Source: Thermoplasmata archaeon (GTDB taxonomy: Archaea > Thermoplasmatota > Thermoplasmata > Lutacidiplasmatales > UBA184). Taken from it: a DNA stretch of 64,000 nt. How positions within the stretch are numbered: position 1 is the stretch's first letter; every line of letters begins with the position of its first letter. Shown in pieces: positions 36,001-43,166 of the stretch. A program made the translations under genes and the position numbers. The notes beneath the pieces were generated by a model. It was given only the letters and a program-made list of their open reading frames with translations, was not told where the DNA came from and ran no database searches. Location of the stretch: contig DATJNY010000029.1 in NCBI GenBank assembly GCA_035507575.1, positions 20,067 to 84,066 of the forward strand, in the 5' to 3' direction.

Positions 36001-38539
36001 CAGAGATGGTGGTGCCGAGCGTGGCGTCGAGCTCGATCGCGAGCGCCGAGTTGTCGTCGGGGTCGTACGCCCCCACGTCGTTGAAGGTGGTGTCCTTCGA
36101 GAGCGTAATGTTCGCTCCCAACGAGTCCTCCGTGACGTTGAGCTCGTTGATGGTCATCCCGGTGGTCCCTGGGATGCTGTAGTAGGCGAGACTCGAGCTT
36201 CCGATGTAGCCGGCGTCATAGCCGACCTCGAAGCCCGCGCCGTAGTCCGTAACGTTGACCCAACTGTACGTGCTGTCAACCGAAGTCGCGGACTCAACGC
36301 CCAGCGAGTCGTCCACGGAGAGGGTCCACACCGTGGTGTGCGACGAACCGAGGTCGGTCACGCCGGTAGATTCCTCGCCCGCGATGACGTACGAGAGGGT
36401 CGTGCCCGTGGAGTCGCCGACCCATATGCCCTGAGAGAAATCGAGCGCGAGCGCGTAGTAGACGACCGCGTTCGTCTCCTGCCAGAATTCGATGGAGCCG
36501 CCGGCGGGAGCATACTCGCCGTGGAAACCGGAACCGATCAGGACCTGGTAGCTGACATTGTCCACTCCCTGGTCGTCGAGGAACGCGATCTGGGAGGAGA
36601 ATTGCTCGAACTCGGGGTCAGCGAGGAGCTCGCCCGCGGGGGTGAGCAACCCGGTCGCGGGGGGGTAGGGCTCCGGATACCAGTAGAGCCAGCCGTACTC
36701 CTCGGAAGACGGCCCCTGTGAGATTCCCGAGACGTTGATCGCGCCCGTCACTCCGATCGCCTGGAACAGGGCGAACGTCGGGTACGTGTAGTCGTTCACG
36801 CGGTCGAAGGTGACGTTGACGAAGGGCTCGAGCCCGTAGAAGTCGTACGGGGGAGTCGCCGGGGAACCGACCGCCGCGGCGAGTGCGCTCGCCTGCGCAT
36901 CTCCGTACATGTACAGCGGAGCCTGGTCGTTATCGATGTTCGCCACGAGCGCGAGGGAGTAGCCGGTGACGCTGCCGGTCACCGGGGTCCCGTTCAGCTC
37001 GTCGTACCCGTCGGCCCACGCTTGAACATAGTACGCCGAGGTCCAGGGCGCCCCGAGGGGCGGGAGATAGGTGTTGAAATCGCCAGAGTTGTCGGTCGGC
37101 ACCCAGCTCAGGTTCTGGCCGTAGCCGCCCGGGGCCTGGTTTCCGACGAAGACGAAGCCGAACGACGGGTCGATCGACCCCGAGAGGTGAATATCGCCGG
37201 AGGGCACGGCGACCTGCGGTTCGGCCCCCCAGAGTCCGTAGAGCATCGCCGGTCCCTGGTTCATGACCAGCGCGTGGCTCGGGGTCCAGTAGTCCGCGAT
37301 CCCGATCGAGGACTCGCCGGTGTCGTCGCCCCAGTTGTATCCGGAGGGCACGTTTTGGAATCCGCCCGCCGTCAGGTTCGAGTATTCGAGGTTGATCGTA
37401 CCGTTCACGGACCGGAAGTCGGCGTTGTCCCCGCCGATGCCGCCGACGAGCACGATCTCGGCGTCCCGGTAGAATCCGCCGGGCGTCGTGTCGAACCCGT
37501 CGATCGTGAAGCCCGGGGTGGTGGGGGGCGTGCCGCCCGCCGTGTTGTTGAACACGACGGAGTCACTGATCCCGGTCTGGCGGAGGTGAGTGCCCGCCTC
37601 GATGATGTTGTAGCCGTAGGAGACGACGGACTGACCCTCCGAATTCGTCGTCGCGTTGTTGTAAAGTTGCAGCGTGATGGGGTACGAGGCCGCCGAGATT
37701 GGGATGGTCTTCCCGACGCACTGGAAGACCCCGCCGTACTCCGCGAGGATGAGGTCAACACCGGCGGAGTTGTTGTTGCACGCCGAGACGATGACCCCGG
37801 AGCCGATGTATCCACCGCTCGCGTTGAACGTGTCGTCGACGAAATGGATGCCCGTGTCGTTCCAGTTCACGACGTTCTGGGTCCAGAAGAACCCGGAATT
37901 GCTACCGGGGACGGTGATGTTGGTCGCGATGGTGTTCAGCTGGATGCCGAACGTGTACGGGCTTCCGATGTAGCCCTGGTGCTGACCGGGATTGTTCGGC
38001 ATGATGAGGTCCGTGGCGCCGGGGTTCGTGGCATTCGGGGGCGTGTTGAACACCACCTGCCCGAGAATGTGCGACGTGTTGTAGGAGTACGTCTGGGCAC
38101 CGAGCCCATAGTCGGCGATCCCGAGGGGCGCGGGAGGATTCGTAAATGCGGGAATGATGGTCGAGACGGAGGTCTCGCCTTTGAGAATCGCGAGATTCGG
38201 CAGAGAGGTCAGGGGATGGGTCATCGTGCCCGCCTGAAGCATCTGGACCCAGGGGGCCGTCGCATAGGTCGGGGAAAGGCCGGTGAGGGCGGCCGCCGCG
38301 CCCGCGGAGGTTCCGCTCCCTTCGAGCTCGGCCGGATTCGGGATCTCGGCATTCGTGGGCGCGGCGCTGGGCACCGGCGCGACGGTACTCGGGTTGACCC
38401 CAACCGCCGCGGCCAGCGGATTCCCCGGCGATGCCGCCGCCGAAAGGGCGGCGCCACCCGGCAAGACCATCACGGCGCAGATCGCGAGCACAATCGGCAG
38501 CAGCCAGACAGGTCGGAGGTGGGACCCCGAGGTCGTCAT
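33083..38539 (-). CDS. Giant membrane-anchored surface protein: signal peptide, thermopsin-like (peptidase A5) domain, long parallel beta-helix region, three Ig-like repeats, C-terminal TM anchor
   Basis: The signal-like N-terminus is RPVWLLPIVLAICAVMVLPGGAALSA. PPAPLGIADYGLG, FGIQLNTIA, FWTQNVVNW, HFVDDTFN and YRDAEIVLVGGIGGDNADF parallel the remembered Sulfolobus thermopsin motifs (PPAPAGIASFGL, LQFNIVL, YWLQDVGQF, TFIDNVWN, YYDAELVWGGGGNG). There are tens of roughly 22-aa V.V.D/G... beta-helix-like repeats. The C-terminal segment is WLIVALVIAVIALVLALLAVL followed by RRRG. I placed the start at ATG 38539. Confidence 0.85.
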   Translation of the reverse strand: MTTSGSHLRPVWLLPIVLAICAVMVLPGGAALSAAASPGNPLAAAVGVNPSTVAPVPSAAPTNAEIPNPAELEGSGTSAGAAAALTGLSPTYATAPWVQMLQAGTMTHPLTSLPNLAILKGETSVSTIIPAFTNPPAPLGIADYGLGAQTYSYNTSHILGQVVFNTPPNATNPGATDLIMPNNPGQHQGYIGSPYTFGIQLNTIATNITVPGSNSGFFWTQNVVNWNDTGIHFVDDTFNASGGYIGSGVIVSACNNNSAGVDLILAEYGGVFQCVGKTIPISAASYPITLQLYNNATTNSEGQSVVSYGYNIIEAGTHLRQTGISDSVVFNNTAGGTPPTTPGFTIDGFDTTPGGFYRDAEIVLVGGIGGDNADFRSVNGTINLEYSNLTAGGFQNVPSGYNWGDDTGESSIGIADYWTPSHALVMNQGPAMLYGLWGAEPQVAVPSGDIHLSGSIDPSFGFVFVGNQAPGGYGQNLSWVPTDNSGDFNTYLPPLGAPWTSAYYVQAWADGYDELNGTPVTGSVTGYSLALVANIDNDQAPLYMYGDAQASALAAAVGSPATPPYDFYGLEPFVNVTFDRVNDYTYPTFALFQAIGVTGAINVSGISQGPSSEEYGWLYWYPEPYPPATGLLTPAGELLADPEFEQFSSQIAFLDDQGVDNVSYQVLIGSGFHGEYAPAGGSIEFWQETNAVVYYALALDFSQGIWVGDSTGTTLSYVIAGEESTGVTDLGSSHTTVWTLSVDDSLGVESATSVDSTYSWVNVTDYGAGFEVGYDAGYIGSSSLAYYSIPGTTGMTINELNVTEDSLGANITLSKDTTFNDVGAYDPDDNSALAIELDATLGTTISDTWVYDAGAISAWNATDTTVTGLTSTGWYEDGAAEVYVLDSTGLTLTDITILYPWDFGVLGDDVNNVVVSDADIEDAYGGVVFGGGSGFSATDLYDGGNEFGFELDYETGAISFSDAAVIDDYIGINLYYTSGATVTDVVVSDSQDECYNDLYCGGIASYDTTGNSFSWITSTDESLGVRLDYGTSSSTFTTVNVTEASLGVEIDASNHTRITDVNASGDDSLGVEMDEGSVGLTIDGLVALEGAAGLVVEDSATVSVTDVLADGDAHGVFASDSTGVSVSTVTAELDSTGVEATDTPGTSVADVSADNSGTYGVEFVDSPGGSIATVAAGDYAYGVYLTDSPHTTVSGVSAADGAIGLVIDPSIGVTISGVSASDQAIGVEIDGSSWDNVSDVSATGLSVGVEILPLDDEYYWPSTHLQISGVTVSDLSIGVWVYESGEIDITGVTATNATTSMPWGFYSDAWGGTPPIAAVYTEETYQLQISNVAVSNYPIGLYDAGSGDGYYPGSIYLQGLTSTADFYGVVLNFTEYAYLNGVSSSHDWLGVWEVDTYENDLLGSSFIDDTSYGVSLWDSEYNYVWGSTFIGDNGATDTYSAAHIQAYSGYGCGDCYNSFNSPVEPYTGNYWADWHSWNTEGTLNPYYVGDQNWDYYPLYAPANETAVWFYEDGLTAGTTWSVTFDGATQSSANAWMVFAATSGTYAYTVGAVPGFTASPSSGSVATGTTGDVAVELAFSPATTVTLTETGLPAGTAWNAVFGGIAGNSTGSTIQFASGVGTFSYQVGAVAGYTASPSSGTVTVTASGYAILIAFTQVTYAVTISASGLAPGVTWSATVNGVTQSTSGASLTWYVPNGTYAYSVSAPSGYTVSGGTGNVVVNGAPGNLGAAFASSSTTSFVTSSTFNTWLIVALVIAVIALVLALLAVLTRRRGESPPPAAPWTGPTPTTEGGAPEGHSSAPAQWDEQSESTASPPPAP
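33341..34024 (-). repeat. Three tandem 76-aa (228-nt) domain repeats inside the surface-protein gene
   Basis: R1 is AVWFYEDGLTAGTTWSVTFDG...GTYAYTVGAVPGFTASPSSGSV. R2 is TTVTLTETGLPAGTAWNAVFGG...GTFSYQVGAVAGYTASPSSGTV. R3 is TYAVTISASGLAPGVTWSATVNG...GTYAYSVSAPSGYTVSGGTGNV. Confidence 0.75.
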
Positions 38540-38561
38540 CGCGCGGGCCAACCCGTGGGGG

Positions 38562-38569
38562 TCTAAAGA
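38562..38569 (-). promoter_or_regulatory. TATA-like element (TCTTTAGA on the minus strand) upstream of the surface-protein gene
   Basis: It lies about 25-30 nt upstream of the ATG at 38539. Confidence 0.4.
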
Positions 38570-38802
38570 CGTTGCGAAAACGACCGTTCTGCCGGCCCGG
38601 CGCGCCAACCGCACGGGGCCCAACCGCGGAACGGGTCTCGCCACCCCGGCACCGGGAAGGCGGTTAGGACCCGTGGGGAATCGAGCTAGAGAACCCGCTC
38701 GACCTGATCCCCCCAGAGAGCACCACGAAGGTCCTGTGAGAGGGATTTCCCCCGCTCCGGACTCGGGGATCGGGCGACCCCGTCGAGCTTAGGTGGAGGA
38801 GC

Positions 38803-38810
38803 GTTTAATC
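38803..38810 (+). promoter_or_regulatory. TATA-like element (GTTTAATC)
   Basis: It lies about 30 nt upstream of the ATG at 38837. Confidence 0.45.
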
Positions 38811-38836
38811 GCCCCGTTCTGCTTGCGCCCCTGGGT

Positions 38837-39457
38837 ATGGTCGGAGATCCTGACCCGCCTACCGGCCCGAAGGAGGTAGCGTTCTCCTGCCCTCGCTGCG
38901 GTGCGCCCCTGCCAGTTCCCGCGGAGGATGGGTTCGTCACCTGTGAATACTGCGGTGTTCGAACACAAGTCTCGAGCTTAGCCCCGCCCCCACGCCGGTC
39001 CACCCCCTCTGAGGAGTCTTCCCCGGAACTCGAGCCGTCCCTCCAATCGATCGGCGACGAACCCGGGCCCGGAGGGATGTCTTTCGTTGCTCGAATTGTG
39101 ATTGTGATCGTAGTGATTGCAATAGCCATTGCACTCGTTGCCGCCACGCAGCCTCCCGCGAATCCGGGCGGCCCTTCCGTCGCAGCGTGTTCGGTCGCCA
39201 TCAACGCGTCCGCCACTTCGGGGCCCGCTCCGTTTACCGCGACGTTCACGGCCGAAATTACTACACCACCGGGAGATTCTGCCAGCGAACCGATGTGGCA
39301 GTTTGGCCCGTTCCCCCCGGGCTTGGATCTCAACTACACGGATGGGACGACCGTCACCCATACGTGGGACGCTAGTGGTTCCTTCGGAGTCCACGTGACA
39401 GTACCCGATACGAGCCTGCAGGGGTGCTGGGCCGCCATGAACGTCAACGTGACCTGA
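38837..39457 (+). CDS. Zinc-ribbon / single-TM / PKD-domain protein
   Basis: The N-terminal ribbon is CPRCG...CEYCG, the TM helix is FVARIVIVIVVIAIAIALVAA, and the C-terminal region is PKD-like (GPAPFTATFTAE...HTWDASGSFGVHVTV). Confidence 0.7.
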   Translation: MVGDPDPPTGPKEVAFSCPRCGAPLPVPAEDGFVTCEYCGVRTQVSSLAPPPRRSTPSEESSPELEPSLQSIGDEPGPGGMSFVARIVIVIVVIAIAIALVAATQPPANPGGPSVAACSVAINASATSGPAPFTATFTAEITTPPGDSASEPMWQFGPFPPGLDLNYTDGTTVTHTWDASGSFGVHVTVPDTSLQGCWAAMNVNVT

Positions 39458-39549
39458 GGTAAGCCCGGGCGGGACCACGGCCCCCCTACGGACTCGCCCT
39501 CCGGGCCAGATGGATCCTCCGTAGGGACTCGTCCTGACAACGCCTCCGG

Positions 39550-39586
39550 TACGGGGGTCGGCAGCGCGTGCTTGCCGATCCCCGTA
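39550..39586. other. Strong intergenic hairpin (14-bp stem, 9-nt loop)
   Basis: TACGGGGGTCGGCA-gcgcgtgct-TGCCGATCCCCGTA forms 13 Watson-Crick pairs plus one G-T/U wobble. It lies in the 216-nt gap between the PKD gene and tRNA-Leu. Confidence 0.5.
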
Positions 39587-39672
39587 TGAAGCGAAACGAC
39601 CCGTCGCCAGACCGGAACGTGGATTCGGCTCGCGCCCCGCAGCCACAGAGCGACGGAGGAAGGATTTTCTTA

Positions 39673-39755
39673 TGCCGGGGCCAGGATTCGAACCTGGGAA
39701 CTCCTGCGAGAGCAGATCTTGAGTCTGCCGCCTTTGGCCGCTCGGCCACCCCGGC
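39673..39755 (-). tRNA. tRNA-Leu (anticodon CAA), class II with a long variable arm; no encoded CCA
   Basis: Manual cloverleaf: acceptor GCCGGGG/CCCCGGC, anticodon stem GCAGA/TCTGC, loop CTCAAGA, variable arm CTC-GCAG-GAG, T arm CCAGG-TTCGAAT-CCTGG, discriminator A. Confidence 0.95.
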
Positions 39756-39779
39756 GCGCTCCCTGCGAGGCGGCGGCCG

Positions 39780-39787
39780 GCTTAACT
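39780..39787 (-). promoter_or_regulatory. TATA-like element (AGTTAAGC on the minus strand) upstream of tRNA-Leu, overlapping the rnp4 stop codon
   Basis: It lies about 29 nt upstream of the tRNA 5' end at 39755. Confidence 0.45.
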
Positions 39788-40255
39788 GTCTTCCGATGCG
39801 TCGTCCGGCTCCTCGTCGAACTCGCCCGGCGCGAGCGCGTCGACCAGGGCGCCTTCCGGCCGAAGCGCCGGTCGCTCGGGATCGATCCGACTCGCGCCGG
39901 CTCCTGCCACGGGAGACCGAACCAGAACTCGACGCTGTCGGCCGCACCTAAGGCAGGTGCGGACCCGCCGGCCCCCGCGGAGACGGGTCCGGACCGTACG
40001 GCCCTCGACCCAGAACGACGAACATCCCCGGCAGTAGAGGTCCCGGAACTCGGGCACCAACCGCACGTTGTAGCGAGTCCCGATCCGCCGGGCGAGCGTC
40101 ACGTAACGGTCCGCGAGGGCCACGTGTCCGTCGCGCGCCTCGCGCTCTGCCAATGCGAACAGCGTCGTGATCCGCTCGCGAGCGATGCGAACCATCTGCG
40201 CGGTGCGCCGGCCACGTCGGCCGCCGCGTCTCACGGCGTCTGAGGTTGCTGGCAT
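39782..40255 (-). CDS. rnp4: RNase P protein component 4 (Rpr2/RPP21 family)
   Basis: The sequence is IARERITTLFALAEREA....LADRYVTLARRIGTRYNVRLVPEFRDLYCRGCSSFWVEGRTVRTRLRGGRRVRTCLRCG (zinc ribbon). I placed the start at ATG 40255. Confidence 0.8.
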   Translation of the reverse strand: MPATSDAVRRGGRRGRRTAQMVRIARERITTLFALAEREARDGHVALADRYVTLARRIGTRYNVRLVPEFRDLYCRGCSSFWVEGRTVRTRLRGGRRVRTCLRCGRQRRVLVRSPVAGAGASRIDPERPALRPEGALVDALAPGEFDEEPDDASEDS

Positions 40256-40554
40256 ACCGGACAGAATACGGCGGCTCGCGCGATGATGGTGCGGCACCGG
40301 ATGCAGTACTTTCCGGAAGGGGGAGGAGCGATCGGCCCCGTCGCGGCTCCGCCGCTCCCCGCGAGACTCATCGAAGCCGACGACGGGGTCGCCGGGACGC
40401 CGGTGAACGCCGAGAGCATCGGCATGGCGGTCGGAGTCGTCGCGGGAGGCGGCACGGTCACCGCGGTGTCGACCTGGGGCAGCGTATAGCCGCACTTCGC
40501 GCAAAAGAGCGCCCCTTCGGGGCCGTTCTCGCCGCAGTGGAGACAGACCGTCAC
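40231..40554 (-). CDS. Double zinc-ribbon protein with a Pro/Thr/Ala-rich linker
   Basis: CLHCG...CAKCG is at the N-terminus and CIRC...CPVC at the C-terminus. The start is uncertain: I chose GTG 40554 because it lies about 20-25 nt downstream of an AT-rich element, and the maximal ORF reaches 40641. Confidence 0.55.
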   Translation of the reverse strand: MTVCLHCGENGPEGALFCAKCGYTLPQVDTAVTVPPPATTPTAMPMLSAFTGVPATPSSASMSLAGSGGAATGPIAPPPSGKYCIRCRTIIARAAVFCPVCQQPQTP

Positions 40555-40598
40555 GCCCACGGCAAGGTTAATGCCGTATTTCACCGTCAAGTACCTCG

Positions 40599-41393
40599 TT
40601 GAGACAACGGTCGGTCGCACTCGTGACACGGGACCCGGCACTCTACGGGGAGTTGGCGGGATTCTTGCGGGAGCGACGGTTGTCCTGCGTGAGCCTCCTT
40701 CCCGGTCAACGGATCCCCGAACGCGTCGCGGTCGTCCTGACGTCGCCGGCGGAGGCGCGCGAGATTTCGCACCCCCGGGTCCTCATTGTCGCCGAGGACG
40801 GGGATCGTCGGGCCCTCAGCGCGGCGGTGGAGCTAGCCCTGGACTCGGGCTCGTCGGACGGCGAGATCGTCGTCGGCATCGACCCGGGTCCCCGCCCCGG
40901 CTACGCGGTCTTCGCCGGCGACCGATGTCTCGGTGAGGGCATCCTCGACTCGCCCGAGGCGGCGGGCCCGTTCTCCGGCCAGCTCCGACACCGCTTCGCG
41001 TCCCGCCACGTGCGCTTCCGCGTCGGCGCGGGAGACCCACCGCGTCGGAATCGCATCGTCAATGCCCTGCTCGCCCATCATCGATCCGTCGAGCTCGTCG
41101 ACGAGCAGGGCACGACCCCGCGGGGACATCGGCGTCCGAGGGACGCGCTGGCCGCCCGGTCGATCGCGCGGGGAGTCGGGCGGGTCGTGCGCGAGCACCT
41201 GCCGACGAACCCCACCCCGGGAGAGATCGCGGATACGCAGCGGCTGAGCCGGGAGGGAAGCGGCGGTCTCATCACCATCTCGCGATCGTCCGCGCACCGC
41301 GTCCTCCGTGGGGAGATCTCGATGGCCGAGGCTGTGGAGAGCACCCTCGCGGCGCGACATCGCGGCGCGAGCTCGCAGCGAGAACCGCTTTAA
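40599..41393 (+). CDS. Conserved hypothetical protein, possible RNase H-fold (RuvC/YqgF-like, DUF460/COG2433-like) nuclease
   Basis: VVGIDPGPRPGYAVFAGD resembles the first acidic motif of RNase H-fold nucleases. It uses a TTG start about 28 nt downstream of the GGTTAATG element. The assignment is tentative. Confidence 0.45.
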   Translation: MRQRSVALVTRDPALYGELAGFLRERRLSCVSLLPGQRIPERVAVVLTSPAEAREISHPRVLIVAEDGDRRALSAAVELALDSGSSDGEIVVGIDPGPRPGYAVFAGDRCLGEGILDSPEAAGPFSGQLRHRFASRHVRFRVGAGDPPRRNRIVNALLAHHRSVELVDEQGTTPRGHRRPRDALAARSIARGVGRVVREHLPTNPTPGEIADTQRLSREGSGGLITISRSSAHRVLRGEISMAEAVESTLAARHRGASSQREPL

Positions 41394-41395
41394 TC
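41388..41395 (+). promoter_or_regulatory. TATA-like element (CTTTAATC) upstream of GluRS, overlapping the previous stop codon
   Basis: It lies about 25 nt upstream of the ATG at 41416. Confidence 0.5.
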
Positions 41396-41415
41396 CGCGC
41401 CGGGGTCGGCCGACG

Positions 41416-43146
41416 ATGGCGCTCCCTGCGGAGGACGTAGCCCGCATCCGCCGGCTGACGCTGGAGAACGCCCTCGCCCACGATGGGGCTCCGCGCGTCG
41501 GTCCCATTCTCGCACGTGTCCTCGCGACCGAGCCGATGCTGCGCCCGCGAGCGCCGGAGGTGCAGGACGCGATCGCCGCGGCGATCGGAGAGTTTGGCAC
41601 CCTCCCCCGGTCCGAGCTCGCGCGGGCGCTCGAGGCGCTCGGGGGTCCCGAGCCCGAGCGGAGCCGCGCGACGCACTCGGAAGGCGGCGAGTTCCCGGAC
41701 CTGCCCGGCGCCGAGCCGGGCAAGGTCGTGCTCCGGATGGCTCCGTTCCCGAGCGGGGTCCTCCATATCGGACACGGCCGCATGCTCTACGTCCACCAGC
41801 ACTACCGCGAGCGGTACGCCGGGCGCCTCCTCCTCGTCTTTGACGACACGGTCGGTTCGGAGGAGAAGCGGGTGGAGACCGAGTTCTTCGACTTCATCCT
41901 GGAGGATTGCCGGCTGGCCGGCGTGATCCCGGACGAAGTGATCTACAAGTCCGACCGGATCCCGAAGTTCTACCCCTGGGCGGAACGGATCATCCAACTG
42001 GGCCGGGCGTACGTCTGCCGCTGCCCGGCGGAACAGTTGCGGGAGAATCGGGCCCGGGGAGTGGCCTGTGCGGAGCGAGGCCAGACGGTGGACGAGGCCG
42101 CCGAGGAGTGGCGGCGGATGCTCGCGGGGGACTACGCGCCGGGGCAAGCCGTTCTGCGTCTCAAGACCGATCTCCAGGACCCCGACCCGGCGTTCCGGGA
42201 CCGGGTGCTCTGCCGGATCAGCGACCTCGATCACCCTCGCGTGGGCCACCGCTACCGCGTGTGGCCGATGCTCGAGTTCTCTTGGGCCGTCGACGACATC
42301 GAGCTCGGCGTCACCCACGTCCTCCGGGGCAAGGACCTGGTAATCGAGGACCGGATGGAGCGGTACATCTGGGACCTGCTCGGGATCACCGGCCCCGCGT
42401 TCGTCCACTGGGGCATCCTTCGCGTCCGCGAAGCGAAGGTCTCGAAGAGCAAATCGTACCGTGAGGTGAAGAGCGGCCTCTACGACGGGTGGGCGGATCC
42501 GAGGACGTGGTCCCTCCGCTCCCTCGACCGTCGGGGGATCTCGATGGACGCCGTGCGCGCGTTCATCCTCTCCTTCGGGATGTCGCTCTCGGACGTGGAG
42601 GTCCCGGCCGAGACGCTGTACGCCGAGAACCGCAAACGGATCGACGCCAGCACCCCCCGGCGCGCGTACGTCCCGGACCCGGTACGCGTCGACGTCGAGG
42701 GCTACCCCGCGGAACTCGAGACGGTCGAGCTTCCCAACCACCCCGATCGGCCGGAGCTGGGTCGGCGTCGCGTCCGGGCCGGACCGAGCTTTTTCCTTCC
42801 GTACCCGGACCTCGCCCGCCACCCGGGCGAGGAGATCCGACTGAAGGAGCTCCTCAACGTGCGCCTCCCGCCCGAGATCCCACCGCGAGGGACCCCGATC
42901 CGCGCCGTATTCACGAGTCGGGAGAACAAGCGGCTCCCGCGTCTCCAGTGGGTCGGCGTCGAGGGGGCCGTGCCCGTCGACGTGCTGGGGGTCGAGGGGG
43001 AGCATACGTCCGGCGTGGGCGAGCCGGCGCTCGCCGACGCCTCGGCGCGAGACGTCCTCCAGTTCGAACGCGTCGGGTTCGTCCGGGTCGACGCCGACGT
43101 GACGGCCGGGGCGCGGCCCGTGCGGGTGGTGTACGGGCACCCCTGA
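41416..43146 (+). CDS. gltX: Glutamyl-tRNA synthetase (archaeal type)
   Basis: It has a class I HIGH motif (PSGVLHIGHGR) and a KMSKS-like VSKSKS. Its 576-aa length is typical of archaeal GluRS. I placed the start at ATG 41416. Confidence 0.9.
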   Translation: MALPAEDVARIRRLTLENALAHDGAPRVGPILARVLATEPMLRPRAPEVQDAIAAAIGEFGTLPRSELARALEALGGPEPERSRATHSEGGEFPDLPGAEPGKVVLRMAPFPSGVLHIGHGRMLYVHQHYRERYAGRLLLVFDDTVGSEEKRVETEFFDFILEDCRLAGVIPDEVIYKSDRIPKFYPWAERIIQLGRAYVCRCPAEQLRENRARGVACAERGQTVDEAAEEWRRMLAGDYAPGQAVLRLKTDLQDPDPAFRDRVLCRISDLDHPRVGHRYRVWPMLEFSWAVDDIELGVTHVLRGKDLVIEDRMERYIWDLLGITGPAFVHWGILRVREAKVSKSKSYREVKSGLYDGWADPRTWSLRSLDRRGISMDAVRAFILSFGMSLSDVEVPAETLYAENRKRIDASTPRRAYVPDPVRVDVEGYPAELETVELPNHPDRPELGRRRVRAGPSFFLPYPDLARHPGEEIRLKELLNVRLPPEIPPRGTPIRAVFTSRENKRLPRLQWVGVEGAVPVDVLGVEGEHTSGVGEPALADASARDVLQFERVGFVRVDADVTAGARPVRVVYGHP

Positions 43147-43166
43147 CGCGAGAGAAGGTTTAGAAG

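Noticed and set aside
31061-36721. A 1886-aa plus-strand ORF, the longest in the track. It spans the cca gene (antisense), the radical SAM gene (other frame) and most of the surface-protein gene (antisense).
   Set aside because: The product is R/G/D/V/P-rich low-complexity sequence with no motifs. It is the mirror frame of well-supported genes, and stop codons are simply rare in GC-rich antisense frames. I treat it as an artefact.
38580-39672. The possibility that either long non-coding stretch (38580..38800 or 39458..39672) is SRP (7S) RNA, which often neighbours tRNA genes in archaea.
   Set aside because: Both are shorter than an archaeal SRP RNA of roughly 300 nt. I could not find the helix 8 / helix 6 conserved motifs. 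The regions remain recorded as unexplained structured regions in the findings above.
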